A stretch of 32,000 bases of DNA from Sinorhizobium meliloti (lineage in GTDB: Bacteria; Pseudomonadota; Alphaproteobacteria; Rhizobiales; Rhizobiaceae), in NCBI RefSeq assembly GCF_017876815.1, contig NZ_JAGIOS010000001.1, positions 3,360,001 to 3,392,000 of the forward strand, in the 5' to 3' direction. Made by a program: the position numbers and the translations under genes. Shown piece by piece: positions 10,056-19,877 of this stretch. Position 1 is the first letter of the stretch. Each line of letters starts with the position of its first letter. Below the pieces are notes generated by a model that had not been told where the DNA came from, made no database searches, and was given only the letters and a program-made list of their open reading frames with translations.

Positions 10056-10445
10056 ATGTTCTACGCGATATTGGCCTATCACGAGGAAGAGGTGGTCGAA
10101 TCCTGGACCAGGGAGGCAGATGCCAAGCTGATGGACGATCTGCTGCAGGTCAATGATCGCCTCGTCCGGGAAAAGCGATTGGGACCGGCCGCACGGCTTG
10201 GCTCGACCAGGGATGCCGTGACGTTGCGGGGCGATGGTGCCGGCATGATCATCGACGGTCCCTTTGCCGAGACCAAGGAGCAGTTGCTCGGCCTCTACGT
10301 GGTCGACTGCCCGAACCTTGAAGCCGCCGTCGAGACGGCGCGCGAATTGCGCCGGGTCAACCCGACCGCCGTATACGAGATCCGACCGATTTCGCTCTAC
10401 CTGCCCGGTGCGGCGCTTTCGGCGCCCGACGAGGGTCCGGCTTGA
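10056..10445 (+). CDS. YciI-family protein
   Basis: From the ATG at 10056: MFYAILAYHEEE..IIDGPFAETKEQLLGLYVVDC, a typical YCII-related domain. GGAGAGGG lies upstream. Confidence 0.75.
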   Translation: MFYAILAYHEEEVVESWTREADAKLMDDLLQVNDRLVREKRLGPAARLGSTRDAVTLRGDGAGMIIDGPFAETKEQLLGLYVVDCPNLEAAVETARELRRVNPTAVYEIRPISLYLPGAALSAPDEGPA

Positions 10446-10474
10446 CGTGAGGCAGGGCGGCGGCAAAACATCCC

Positions 10475-10504
10475 CTTGACTGAATCGCCTATGTGCCTGA
10501 TTTA
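10475..10504 (+). promoter_or_regulatory. Candidate sigma70-type promoter for tRNA-Leu
   Basis: CTTGAC at 10475-10480, then an A/T-rich -10-like segment (TGATTTAA) 17-18 nt downstream, about 8 nt before the tRNA 5' end. Confidence 0.4.
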
Positions 10505-10512
10505 AGCTGCGG

Positions 10513-10595
10513 GCGGACGTGGCGAAACTGGTAGACGCAAGGGACTTAAAATCCCTCGGGAAACCGTACGGGTTCGATTCCCGTCGTCCGCACCA
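10513..10595 (+). tRNA. tRNA-Leu (anticodon UAA), type II with long variable arm, CCA encoded
   Basis: Folded by hand. Acceptor stem GCGGACG/CGTCCGC. Anticodon stem AGGGA/TCCCT with loop CTTAAAA. Variable arm CGGGAAACCGT. T arm ACGGG-TTCGATT-CCCGT. 3' end is A-CCA. Confidence 0.9.
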
Positions 10596-10617
10596 AAGCT
10601 GCAAGATCGGCAATCCC

Positions 10618-11208
10618 TCAAGGGCCGGAGATCTCGAATGGTTGATCGACGCTTGCGCTCCTGCCGCTGTTGGTGTCGTTGAAGCGGTAGCGCAGCACAT
10701 AATTCCCTGATGGTGCCCCGGCGACGTCGATCCTCAGCGTCGCATAGATTTCCTGGTTGCGCTGATAGCCCTTGAAGGTGAAATCGCCGAACGCCTTCTG
10801 GCTGGCGAGGACCTCTCCCTTCGGATTCAGGATGTCGAAGTCGACCGTGAAGCGTGTCTCGAGCTTACCCTCGTCGCTTGCCTCCTTCCAGGTAAGTCCC
10901 ACGGGCTCGACATAGGATATGAGCGTTTCGCCGGCTTCGAATACCGGATCGGGCCGGGGCTCGTACATTGCAAAGCCGGCCGGTGCTGCTGTGACGAAGA
11001 CCGCCTTGCCGATGGCGAAGGGAAGGGTCTGCGAAAAGTCGCTCATGGCCTTGCGCAAGGTTTCCTGGGCGCCGGCGGCATCGCCGGAGCTCGCCTGCTG
11101 TTCGGCCTTCGCCGCAGCGTCGGCAAGCGGACCCGCCTCTGCCTGCGTGTCGGCGAGGATGACGGTGGCGTTCGTGAGTGCCGCCAGCAGGAGCAGGTAT
11201 CTCGGCAT
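10618..11208 (-). CDS. Secreted hypothetical protein
   Basis: From the ATG at 11208: MPRYLLLLAALTNATVILADTQAEA, a signal peptide, then 170 aa with no family I recognise. Confidence 0.6.
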   Translation of the reverse strand: MPRYLLLLAALTNATVILADTQAEAGPLADAAAKAEQQASSGDAAGAQETLRKAMSDFSQTLPFAIGKAVFVTAAPAGFAMYEPRPDPVFEAGETLISYVEPVGLTWKEASDEGKLETRFTVDFDILNPKGEVLASQKAFGDFTFKGYQRNQEIYATLRIDVAGAPSGNYVLRYRFNDTNSGRSASVDQPFEISGP

Positions 11209-11292
11209 CGCGCTTTCCAAATGCCCGATCGCTCTGAGCTTTCGGCATTTGGCACACCAAGTCAAGGCAAGGCTGCAGCCGAGCGGCGGCTG

Positions 11293-12765
11293 TTACTGCT
11301 TCCAGAAGATCGGAGTGAGCACGACGAGGACGGTCAGGACCTCCAGACGCCCGAGCAGCATCATCAGCGACAGCAGATAGAGCTCGGGATCCTGGAGTGT
11401 CGAGAAATTGCCCGCAGGGCCGATAAGGCTGCCGAGGCCGGGGCCGACATTGGAGAGACACGTGATGACGGCCGACACGGCCGTGACGAGATCATAGCCG
11501 AGGGCACCCATGACCAGACTGCCGAAGACCCAGAGCAGGATATAGGTGATGAAGAACAGCAGAATGGCGCGCTGCACGTCCGCGTCGACCGTATTCTTCC
11601 CGTACCGGACCGCGTAGATCGCATTCGGGTAGACGAGCTTGTTCAGGGCAGACCGGATGGCGTTGAAGAGCACGACGAACCGATAGGCCTTCATGCCGCC
11701 CGCTGTCGAGCCTGAACAACCGCCGATGAACGTGCATATGAACGCGACCATGACCACGAACGGTCCCCAAAGGCTGTAATCTTCGCTCGCATAGCCCGTG
11801 GTCGACAATATCGACGTGATGTTGAAGAAGGCATAGGTAAGCGCGAGGTGGAACTCGACGCCGTTGGCGAGCCGGTGATAGGCCGCGACCGCAACCGAGA
11901 ATGCGGTGAGATAGCCCAGAAATACGATGATCTGAGGATCGCGAAGGGCGTCCAGGCGCCCGCGCACGACGAGCACGATCAGGATGGAGAAGGGCAGGCT
12001 GCAGACCGTCATGAAGAACGTGCTGGCCCAGAGCAGGGGAATGCTGGAAAAGTAGCCGAATGACGCGTCGTGCGTAGAAAAGCCGCCCGTCGCGACGGTC
12101 GTCATCGCGTGGTTGATCGCGTCGAACCTGTTCATCCCGAGCATGGCATAGCTGATCGCGCACAGCAGAGTGATCGACACGTACACGACGAGGAAGGCGC
12201 GGCCGAAGCTCGCGAGCCGGGCAAAGGGTTTGTCGCTGGTGTCGGAGGATTCCATCTTGAAGAAGGACATTCCGCCGACACGCAGATAGGGGATGATGAA
12301 CAGGCCGAGAACGACGATGCCGATGCCGCCGAACCAGCTCAGGAGCGACCGCCAGAGCAAGAGGCCGGGCGGCGCGTCATCGAGCCCGACGATTACGGTC
12401 GAGCCGGTCGTCGTTACCGCCGAGACGGACTCGAACAGGGCCTGGGCAAAATCCAGCTTTACCGAGGACAGCCAGAGTGGAATGGCGCCGACGATCGAAA
12501 ACACGATCCACAGGACATTCACAACCAGGAAGCCGAATTTCTTCGAGAAGGGCGGGGGGCCTGCGCGGGTCGCCATGAACGTCGTCGACGAGATTGCGCC
12601 CGACATGAAGGCGGTCACGGCGAAGACCTGCCAGTCCGGGTGACCATAATAGAGATCGACCAGGGCCGGAATCAGCATCGCGCCGGAGAGATAGAGCCCC
12701 AGGATCGCCGCGAGATGGACAGCATGCCGGATCAGATTCGCGTTCAAGCTCTTGATTTCCTGCAA
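11293..12765 (-). CDS. trkH: Trk-type potassium uptake protein TrkH
   Basis: 490-aa polytopic membrane protein with repeated selectivity-filter-like TTTG/ATGG/STTG/NVGPG segments. Confidence 0.9.
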   Translation of the reverse strand: MQEIKSLNANLIRHAVHLAAILGLYLSGAMLIPALVDLYYGHPDWQVFAVTAFMSGAISSTTFMATRAGPPPFSKKFGFLVVNVLWIVFSIVGAIPLWLSSVKLDFAQALFESVSAVTTTGSTVIVGLDDAPPGLLLWRSLLSWFGGIGIVVLGLFIIPYLRVGGMSFFKMESSDTSDKPFARLASFGRAFLVVYVSITLLCAISYAMLGMNRFDAINHAMTTVATGGFSTHDASFGYFSSIPLLWASTFFMTVCSLPFSILIVLVVRGRLDALRDPQIIVFLGYLTAFSVAVAAYHRLANGVEFHLALTYAFFNITSILSTTGYASEDYSLWGPFVVMVAFICTFIGGCSGSTAGGMKAYRFVVLFNAIRSALNKLVYPNAIYAVRYGKNTVDADVQRAILLFFITYILLWVFGSLVMGALGYDLVTAVSAVITCLSNVGPGLGSLIGPAGNFSTLQDPELYLLSLMMLLGRLEVLTVLVVLTPIFWKQ

Positions 12766-12900
12766 GCGGTTTGTCGGTGGGCCGGCGATCGAAGCGGCCG
12801 CGATAGTGCCGTGCGTGACCGATTCGTGTCAAATCGATGGTCTCCGGCGCGGCAATGTGCAATAGCGACTGCCATCGGCAAACTCAACGGGTGAAGTCAC

Positions 12901-14151
12901 GTGATGAAGCAGGATGTTGAAAAAGCGGCAGCGGCGATGCGCGAGATCTTTCCGCCGACGCCGCTTCAGCTCAACGAGCACCTGAGCGCGCGCTGTGGGG
13001 CGACCGTCTTCCTGAAGCGCGAGGACCTTTCGCCGGTGCGCTCCTACAAGATCCGCGGCGCCTTCAATTTCTTCCGCAAGTCGCTCGGCTCCGGAGCGGC
13101 CGGGAAGACCTTCGTTTGCGCTTCCGCGGGCAATCACGCTCAGGGCTTTGCTTTCGTCTGCCGCCACTTCGGCGTTCCCGGAGTCGTCTTCATGCCCGTG
13201 ACGACGCCCCAGCAGAAGATCGACAAAACGCGCATGTTCGGGGCCGAGTTCATCACGATCCGCCTCGTCGGCGATATTTTCGATCAATGCTACAAGGCGG
13301 CGCGCGAGCATGTGGAAGCGATCGGCGGCGTCATGGTGCCTCCCTTCGACCATGACGATATCATCGAAGGCCAGGCCACGGTTGCAGCGGAGATAGCCGA
13401 ACAATTGCCGGCCGGCCCCGTTGCCGATCTCGTCGTCCTGCCCGTCGGCGGCGGCGGCTTGGCCGCGGGCGTGACCGGGTATTTGGGCGACAGCCTCTCG
13501 GCCGACCGTTTTCTGTTCTGTGAACCGGAGGGGGCGCCGAGCTTCAGGCGCAGCCTGGAACTCGGCGGCGTCGTCACGCTCGACCAGGTGGACAATTTCG
13601 TCGATGGCGCGGCGGTCGCACGGATCGGCGACCTGAACTTTGCTGCGCTCCGGAGATTTTCGCCGGAACAGGTGATGCTGCTGCCTGAGAATGCGATCTG
13701 CCTGACGATCACCGAAATGCTGAATGTCGAGGGCGTGGTTCTCGAACCCGCCGGCGCGCTTGCAATCACCGCACTGGAAGCGCTTGGCCGCGATAGTCTC
13801 GAAGGCAAGATCGTCGTAGCGGTCGTTTCCGGAGGCAATTTCGACTTCGAGCGCCTGCCGGACGTGAAGGAGCGGGCCATGCGCCATGCGGGGCTCAAGA
13901 AATACTTCATCCTGCGCATGGCGCAGCGTCCGGGCGCGCTTCGCGATTTCCTCGGTCTCCTGGGAGAGGAGGACGACATCGCCCGGTTCGAATACCTGAA
14001 AAAGTCTGCTCGAAACTTCGGCTCCGTGCTCATCGGTATCGAAACGAAACACGCGGAGAATTTCCCCGTTCTCAAACAGCGTTTCGATGCGGCGGGTCTC
14101 CGCTACCAGGACATCACCGAGAACGAGATGCTGGCCAACTTCGTCATTTGA
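12901..14151 (+). CDS. ilvA: Threonine ammonia-lyase (threonine dehydratase), short form
   Basis: 416 aa. PLP-lysine context SPVRSYKIRGA, the GGGGL loop, and a C-terminal ACT-like regulatory domain. The start is GTG at 12901 or ATG at 12904. Confidence 0.88.
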   Translation: MMKQDVEKAAAAMREIFPPTPLQLNEHLSARCGATVFLKREDLSPVRSYKIRGAFNFFRKSLGSGAAGKTFVCASAGNHAQGFAFVCRHFGVPGVVFMPVTTPQQKIDKTRMFGAEFITIRLVGDIFDQCYKAAREHVEAIGGVMVPPFDHDDIIEGQATVAAEIAEQLPAGPVADLVVLPVGGGGLAAGVTGYLGDSLSADRFLFCEPEGAPSFRRSLELGGVVTLDQVDNFVDGAAVARIGDLNFAALRRFSPEQVMLLPENAICLTITEMLNVEGVVLEPAGALAITALEALGRDSLEGKIVVAVVSGGNFDFERLPDVKERAMRHAGLKKYFILRMAQRPGALRDFLGLLGEEDDIARFEYLKKSARNFGSVLIGIETKHAENFPVLKQRFDAAGLRYQDITENEMLANFVI

Positions 14152-14228
14152 CAAGGCGGGAAGTGGCCGGCGCCGGGCTCACCAATTTTAGCTTTGACAG
14201 GGCCGGCGAGCACGGCTAACTGTGAGGC

Positions 14229-14549
14229 ATGGCATCGTTTTTCTCGAAATTATTCGGTCGCTCCAGCGGCTCTGAAACGCAGGCACAGCCTGCGGCAGGC
14301 AAGACCGAGAACTATGCGGATTGCGTGATCCGGGCGACGCCTCAGCGCGAGGGATCGCAGTACCGGCTTGCCGGCAGCATCGAAAAGTCGATGCCGGACG
14401 GTGCAACGAAAGTGCGCAGCTTCATCCGGGCAGATCTCTTCACCTCCGAGCAGGACGCGATCGACTCGGCGATGCGCAAGGGGCGCCAGATCATCGACGA
14501 GCAGCGCGCGGCCCTCTTTTCCGACGACGCTCAGTCGCGGCCTGTCTGA
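14229..14549 (+). CDS. Small conserved protein of the group annotated as HlyU-like in rhizobia
   Basis: 106 aa, MASFFSKLFGR...YRLAGSIEK...FTSEQDAIDSAMRKGRQIIDEQ. The family assignment is from memory only. Confidence 0.5.
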   Translation: MASFFSKLFGRSSGSETQAQPAAGKTENYADCVIRATPQREGSQYRLAGSIEKSMPDGATKVRSFIRADLFTSEQDAIDSAMRKGRQIIDEQRAALFSDDAQSRPV

Positions 14550-14610
14550 TATCCGGCGGCGGTAATCGCCAGTCCAAACAATATCCTACGGGTGATTCCT
14601 CATATTCCGC

Positions 14611-14746
14611 ACTAAGGCCCGTTTGACCTCCTCATTCCTGTGCTCGTCACAGGAATCCAGCCAGACCAAGTCCTTGGGCTGAAAAAACGCTTCCCGCGCC
14701 GCAGACGCGGCGCTGCTGGATCTCTGTGACAAGCACAGAGATGAGG
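14611..14746. repeat. RIME-like intergenic palindromic element
   Basis: CTAAGGCCCGTTTGACC leader. Palindromes at 14634-14656 (ATTCCTGTG..CACAGGAAT), 14696-14711 (CGCCGC-AGAC-GCGGCG) and 14721-14741 (TCTCTGTG-ACAAG-CACAGAGA). A related copy lies at 20790-20866. Confidence 0.6.
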
Positions 14747-14858
14747 GCGAGGAACGCCATCATTCATCTCGCAGCAACCGTCATAAGCTCCAGATGAATC
14801 TCAACAGGCCCTTGGGGCGTGAGGAAAGGTATGTTCGGTTTTCCGCCCGCATCCCGCG

Positions 14859-16832
14859 TCAGAGCTTGATTCTGAACCGGGCGAAACCGTCGCTGCCGTC
14901 GCCGGCATTCTCGATTTTCACCGCCTTGACCTCTGCCAGGAATTGTCGCGCCCTCGGGCCGCTGTCGAACAGCACGCTCGTGTCCTTCTGCGGCGCGAAG
15001 GTCCAGTTCGCGTCCGCCGAGGGGTTGATCGTTCCCTGTTCGACGATGTAGCGCACGATGACGTCGCGGTTGGTGTCCGGCGCGACGAAGACGACCTTGT
15101 CGCCGGCGATGCCCGGAAAATTGCCGCCGCCGCCGGCGCGGTAGTTGTTGGTCGCTACGACAAATCTCTGCTTGGGATCAATCGGCCTGCCATCGAATTT
15201 CAGATCACGGATGCGGCTGGCCTCCGGGTTCGCCACATTGCCGTCCTTGTCGTATTTCGCAGGCTGCGAAAGAACGATCTGGTAGGTGACCCCGTCGATC
15301 ACGTCGAAATTATAGGAAGGGAAGTCGCCATTGATCAGGCTTGCATCGACCGATCCCGGTGCAATCCGGTTGAAGATGCCGGCGGACATTTCGAGCCAGT
15401 TGCGCACCTCTTCGCCGGTGATGACGACCGCCTGCACCGTATTCGGATAGAGGTAGAGGTCGGCGACATTCTTGATGGCGATGTCGCCCGCTGGAACATC
15501 CGTATAGTACTCGGCGCCACCGCGCCCGCCGGCCTTGAACGGGGCTGCGGCGGACAGGACCGGCAGGTCGCTGTGCTCGGTGTCCTTGAGCATTTCGCGG
15601 ATATACCACGTCTGGGCCTGGCTCACGATCTGCACCGACGGATCGTCCGCAACCAGCGCGAAATAGGAGTATAGCGGTGCCGAAGTTTTGCCGACGGGGG
15701 TGCGCACATAGGCAAGCGTCGCTTCGTGGTCCTTCTGCGCGGCTGCGAGCACTTCCGGCTTGTCACCGACCTCGGCGATCACCTTCTTTTCTTCCCGGCG
15801 AAAGATCGGCCGCGCCTCGCTTGTCGAACCGATCACACGCCACTGGCCGCCGTCGCGTTCGAGCAGCAGATCGATGAGGCCGAGATGGGATCCCCAGAAG
15901 CCGCCCATGACGCCGGGCTTTCCTGAAATCAACCCTTTGGCATTGTCGACGCCCGGAATTCCGTCGAACTTGGGTCCCGGAAAGTCGAGGTGGCTGTGGC
16001 CGGTGACGATGGCGTCGATACCCTCGATTGCCGCCAGGGGTACGGACGCGTTTTCGAGATTTTCGGCATAGGCCTGCTGCCCTATGCCGGAATGTGAGAG
16101 GGCGATGACGATGTCGGCGCCTTCCTCGCGCATCTGCGGCACCCAGGCTTCCGCGGCCTTGACGATGTCGCGCGCATTCGCCTTGCCTTCGAGGTTCTTG
16201 GCGTCCCAGGTCATGATCTGCGGCGGTACGAACCCGATGAGGCCGATGCGGATGGGGTGTTCCTGACCGGCGCCGTCCTTCACTTTTCGATCGAGGATTA
16301 CGTAGGGCTTGAGGAAAAGCTCGTCCTGGCGCGGGGCGGCGGCCATGGCGCCTTTGGTCAGGTTGGCGCAGACGATCGGAAAGTTTGCGCCGTTGATCAC
16401 ATTGAACATGAAATCCAGGCCGTAGTTGAACTCGTGATTGCCGAGCGTGCCGCAGTCGTAGCCGAGCACGTTCATCGCGGCGATGACCGGATGCATGTCG
16501 CCTTCCTTCATGCCGCGCTTGTAGGCGATGTAATCGCCCATCGGATTGCCCTGAAGAAAATCGCCATTGTCGACGAGGACCGCGTTCGCCGCCTCGGCGC
16601 GGATGGCGTCGACGATCGAAGCGGTGCGCGCTAGGCCAAGCGTGTCGTTCGGCTTGTCGGCATAGTAATCGTAGGGAAAGACGTGGACGTGCAGGTCCGT
16701 GGTTTCCATGATCCTGAGATGCGCCTGGTTGGCAGCCGCGCGGGTCGAGAAGGGATGCAGCACGACAAATGCCGACGTGGCGGCAAGACCGCCGATGAGG
16801 GTCCGGCGCGAAATGGGATGCAAAGCAGTCAT
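14859..16832 (-). CDS. cpdB: Bifunctional 2',3'-cyclic-nucleotide 2'-phosphodiesterase / 3'-nucleotidase (CpdB-like), Tat-exported
   Basis: 657 aa. Twin-arginine leader SRRTLIGGLAA. Metallophosphoesterase motifs DLHVH, GDFLQG, GNHEFN, GHSH. C-terminal 5'-nucleotidase domain. Confidence 0.88.
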   Translation of the reverse strand: MTALHPISRRTLIGGLAATSAFVVLHPFSTRAAANQAHLRIMETTDLHVHVFPYDYYADKPNDTLGLARTASIVDAIRAEAANAVLVDNGDFLQGNPMGDYIAYKRGMKEGDMHPVIAAMNVLGYDCGTLGNHEFNYGLDFMFNVINGANFPIVCANLTKGAMAAAPRQDELFLKPYVILDRKVKDGAGQEHPIRIGLIGFVPPQIMTWDAKNLEGKANARDIVKAAEAWVPQMREEGADIVIALSHSGIGQQAYAENLENASVPLAAIEGIDAIVTGHSHLDFPGPKFDGIPGVDNAKGLISGKPGVMGGFWGSHLGLIDLLLERDGGQWRVIGSTSEARPIFRREEKKVIAEVGDKPEVLAAAQKDHEATLAYVRTPVGKTSAPLYSYFALVADDPSVQIVSQAQTWYIREMLKDTEHSDLPVLSAAAPFKAGGRGGAEYYTDVPAGDIAIKNVADLYLYPNTVQAVVITGEEVRNWLEMSAGIFNRIAPGSVDASLINGDFPSYNFDVIDGVTYQIVLSQPAKYDKDGNVANPEASRIRDLKFDGRPIDPKQRFVVATNNYRAGGGGNFPGIAGDKVVFVAPDTNRDVIVRYIVEQGTINPSADANWTFAPQKDTSVLFDSGPRARQFLAEVKAVKIENAGDGSDGFARFRIKL

Positions 16833-16956
16833 CGGTGATCTCCGAAAGCGCGTTCGATGCGTTCAGACAAGCGCGACTATGGCGGAATGGCCCGGCCACG
16901 CAAAGCGGCTGATTTTTGCAGACGGGATTGCCGCCGCGTCTCGCTGCATCACGGTC

Positions 16957-17424
16957 TCAGATGCCGACATTGGGGCGATCGATGACCTCGCGAAGCGAAA
17001 AACTCGAATTGATCTTTACGACGTGCGGCAACGCCGAGAGCCAGTCGCGATGGATGCGCTCATAATCCTCCAGATCCTTCGCTGCCACGCGCAGGATGTA
17101 ATCGTATTCCCCGGACATCAGGTAACACACGAGCACATTGGGGCAGAGCTTCACGGCGGCTTCGAACTCCGCAAGGGTCTTGGCGAACTGCCCGGACAGC
17201 GAAATATGCACGATGACCATGATCCTGTAGTCGAGCGCCTTGTGGGCGATGCGCGCATGGTAACCGGCGATCGTCCCGGACTTTTCGAGAATATCGACCC
17301 GCCGCGAACAGGCCGACGGGGAGAGGCCGACCCTCCCGGCGAGGTCCGCGTTCGAAATTCGGCCATCCTGCTGCAGAATGCGCAGAATCGAACGATCGAT
17401 AGCATCCAAGCCAGTCATTCGCAT
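16957..17424 (-). CDS. Lrp/AsnC-family transcriptional regulator, divergent from ald
   Basis: MRMTGLDAIDRSILRILQQDGRISNADLAGRVGLSPSACSRRV, an HTH_AsnC region followed by a RAM domain. The start could be 17424 or 17418. Confidence 0.88.
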   Translation of the reverse strand: MRMTGLDAIDRSILRILQQDGRISNADLAGRVGLSPSACSRRVDILEKSGTIAGYHARIAHKALDYRIMVIVHISLSGQFAKTLAEFEAAVKLCPNVLVCYLMSGEYDYILRVAAKDLEDYERIHRDWLSALPHVVKINSSFSLREVIDRPNVGI

Positions 17425-17575
17425 CTTCTTTCGAATAGTCGCAATTTTGTGCAATAATCACCGAAATCAATGCATGGATGAGCACTTCTTTGCAAGGACA
17501 TTCTGGATGCCATCTGCTTTGCTGGACCCCTCATCAACGCGGCAGAAAGCCCATGGATAGGAGAGGAACGCAAAG

Positions 17576-18694
17576 ATGCGTGTCGGTTGCCCGAAGGAAA
17601 TCAAAAACCATGAATACCGTGTCGGCCTTACGCCCGGATCAGTACGGGAATATGTAGCCCACGGCCACGAGGTCATCGTGGAAACCAAGGCCGGGGCAGG
17701 GATCGGGGCCGATGACGACTCCTATCGCGCAGCCGGTGCAAGGATCGTACCGACAGCCAGAGAAGTCTTCGAAAAAGCGGACATGATCGTCAAGGTCAAG
17801 GAGCCGCAACCGTCCGAATGGGCGCAACTGCGCGAAGGCCAGATTCTCTACACCTATCTTCACCTCGCACCGGACCCGGAACAGACCCAGGGACTTCTTA
17901 AGTCCGGCGTCACGGCGGTCGCCTATGAGACCGTGACGGATGAGCGCGGCGGACTGCCGCTGCTTGCGCCGATGTCCGAGGTCGCGGGACGGCTTGCGAT
18001 CCAGGCTGGCGCTACCTCGCTCCAGAAGGCAAATGGCGGCCGCGGAATCCTGCTCGGCGGGGTACCGGGGGTTCTTCCGGCCAAGGTCGCGATCATCGGT
18101 GGCGGCGTCGTCGGCCTGCATGCAGCCAAGATGGCTGCCGGTCTCGGGGCCGATGTTTCTATCCTGGACCGGTCGCTGCCGCGTCTGCGCCAACTCGACG
18201 ATATCTTCAACGGCCGTGTCCATACGCGCTACTCGACGATCGATGCCTTGGAAGAGGAGGTCTTCTCCGCCGACATGGTGATCGGAGCGGTACTCATTCC
18301 CGGCGCTGCTGCGCCGAAGCTCGTCACACGCGAAATGCTGTCCGCCATGAAAAAAGGCGCCGTCATTGTCGATGTCGCGATCGACCAGGGCGGCTGCTTC
18401 GAGACGTCGCATGCGACGACGCACTCCGAACCTACCTATGAGGTCGAAGGCATCGTGCATTATTGCGTTGCGAACATGCCGGGGGCGGTGCCGATCACGT
18501 CGGCGCACGCGCTCAACAATGCGACACTCCAATACGGACTGCAGCTCGCCGACCGCGGCCTCAAGGCGATTGCCGAAGACCGGCATCTGCGCGCCGGCCT
18601 CAATGTCCACCGAGGCCGCGTCACCAATGCCGCCGTGGCCGAAGCACTCGGCTACGACGCCCACGCTCCCGAGGCCGTCCTCCACGTCGCCTGA
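17576..18694 (+). CDS. ald: Alanine dehydrogenase
   Basis: 372 aa, [20 protein letters not shown]..., with the Rossmann motif IIGGGVVG. Confidence 0.95.
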   Translation: MRVGCPKEIKNHEYRVGLTPGSVREYVAHGHEVIVETKAGAGIGADDDSYRAAGARIVPTAREVFEKADMIVKVKEPQPSEWAQLREGQILYTYLHLAPDPEQTQGLLKSGVTAVAYETVTDERGGLPLLAPMSEVAGRLAIQAGATSLQKANGGRGILLGGVPGVLPAKVAIIGGGVVGLHAAKMAAGLGADVSILDRSLPRLRQLDDIFNGRVHTRYSTIDALEEEVFSADMVIGAVLIPGAAAPKLVTREMLSAMKKGAVIVDVAIDQGGCFETSHATTHSEPTYEVEGIVHYCVANMPGAVPITSAHALNNATLQYGLQLADRGLKAIAEDRHLRAGLNVHRGRVTNAAVAEALGYDAHAPEAVLHVA

Positions 18695-18705
18695 CACGCT
18701 GAACC

Positions 18706-18729
18706 GCCCGGCGCCATCATGCGCCGGGC
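18706..18729. terminator. GC-rich hairpin between convergent ald and the DUF1203 gene
   Basis: Stem GCCCGGCGC / GCGCCGGGC with loop CATCAT. No T-run. Confidence 0.35.
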
Positions 18730-18735
18730 TCCCGC

Positions 18736-19203
18736 TCAGGCCGCTTCGATGCGGCACTGGTAGCAGTTGTATTTTCCCGAGCGAACATGCACGAAGGCGA
18801 CGTCCGGCCGTGCCAGCAATTCCATGGCCCGCTGCTCGAGGTACTCGGCATCAACGGCCCCGCCCGTGCCATAGACGATGCGCTCATCTCCCCCGTAGCC
18901 GCGCAGAAGATAGCTCTTGCTGGATGCGAGTATCGGCGGCAAGGCGTCACCGTCGTGAATGGCGCAATTTTCAGCGTGCATGAAGATCGGTCCCGTTTCG
19001 GCATAGGCCTGAACCGACGAAAACGGCCGGTAGGCGAGAACGAGATAAGGCTGGCCCTCATCGACATTGCGAAGGCAGTGCCGGCACGGCACGCCGTCGC
19101 CGTCCGAAATGCGCCGTTCGGGCTGGTCGCCATAGGCGTCCGGCCCGCCTTGCCTTAGCCGCTCCGCCTCTCCGACGGGCATTGCAACGTAGTTGAGTTT
19201 CAT
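18736..19203 (-). CDS. DUF1203-family protein
   Basis: 155 aa, with ..VPCRHCL...GQPYLVLAYRPF...ETGPIFMH.., as recalled for DUF1203. Confidence 0.65.
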   Translation of the reverse strand: MKLNYVAMPVGEAERLRQGGPDAYGDQPERRISDGDGVPCRHCLRNVDEGQPYLVLAYRPFSSVQAYAETGPIFMHAENCAIHDGDALPPILASSKSYLLRGYGGDERIVYGTGGAVDAEYLEQRAMELLARPDVAFVHVRSGKYNCYQCRIEAA

Positions 19204-19304
19204 GGCGCTTCTCCCGATTGGCTGAATTCAGGAGAAAGATGCGCACTTGTGTCTGGGAACGACACCCGATACTTGCCGAGCTTAGATCCAACATCCGAAA
19301 GCGT

Positions 19305-19877
19305 TCAGAGCTTCTTCGCGAAGGTGAGAAGTTCCTCGTCGCTCAGCGGCTCGACCACCATCTCGCGCGTCGCGACCGGAGAAAAGCCGAACTGCTGGTA
19401 AAGCTGCAGCGCCCGGGGATGATCGAGATTGTTCGTCGTGACCGTGACCTTGCGCGGGTTCATGGCCCAGGCCGCAAACAAGGTCTGCAGCAAGAACCAC
19501 TTGCCGAGTCCCAGGCCGAGCGCGTGCTCCATGAGCCCGAAATGGGTGAGGTCGATGACGTCATCGTCCAGTTGCTGGAATTCGAAGAAACCGGCCGGCG
19601 CACCGTCCACGTAAAGCACCATGACCGTCGTTCGCTTGTCGTGGAGGATAGCCGCCAGATCGTCGTCGCTCATGCGCAGGCGCTCCGCCCAGTGCCAGCG
19701 CTTTCCGACACGCAGATAGAGAAAGCGGTAGTAGGCAAGCGGAATGTCCGAGACGCGCAGGATCGCCGTGTGGATGTTGATCGGCATCGGCAGGCTTTGC
19801 TTTGGCGGCGATGTCATTTCGAGTTCGGTCACGTGCGCCGTGATCGCGGCAGGCTTCGACCTTGGCATGGCTCTCAC
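19305..19877 (-). CDS. GNAT-family N-acetyltransferase
   Basis: 190 aa with an acetyl-CoA-binding-like segment LGLGLGKWFL and a C-terminal ALQLYQQFGF motif. It overlaps the sseA stop by 4 nt. Confidence 0.75.
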   Translation of the reverse strand: MRAMPRSKPAAITAHVTELEMTSPPKQSLPMPINIHTAILRVSDIPLAYYRFLYLRVGKRWHWAERLRMSDDDLAAILHDKRTTVMVLYVDGAPAGFFEFQQLDDDVIDLTHFGLMEHALGLGLGKWFLLQTLFAAWAMNPRKVTVTTNNLDHPRALQLYQQFGFSPVATREMVVEPLSDEELLTFAKKL

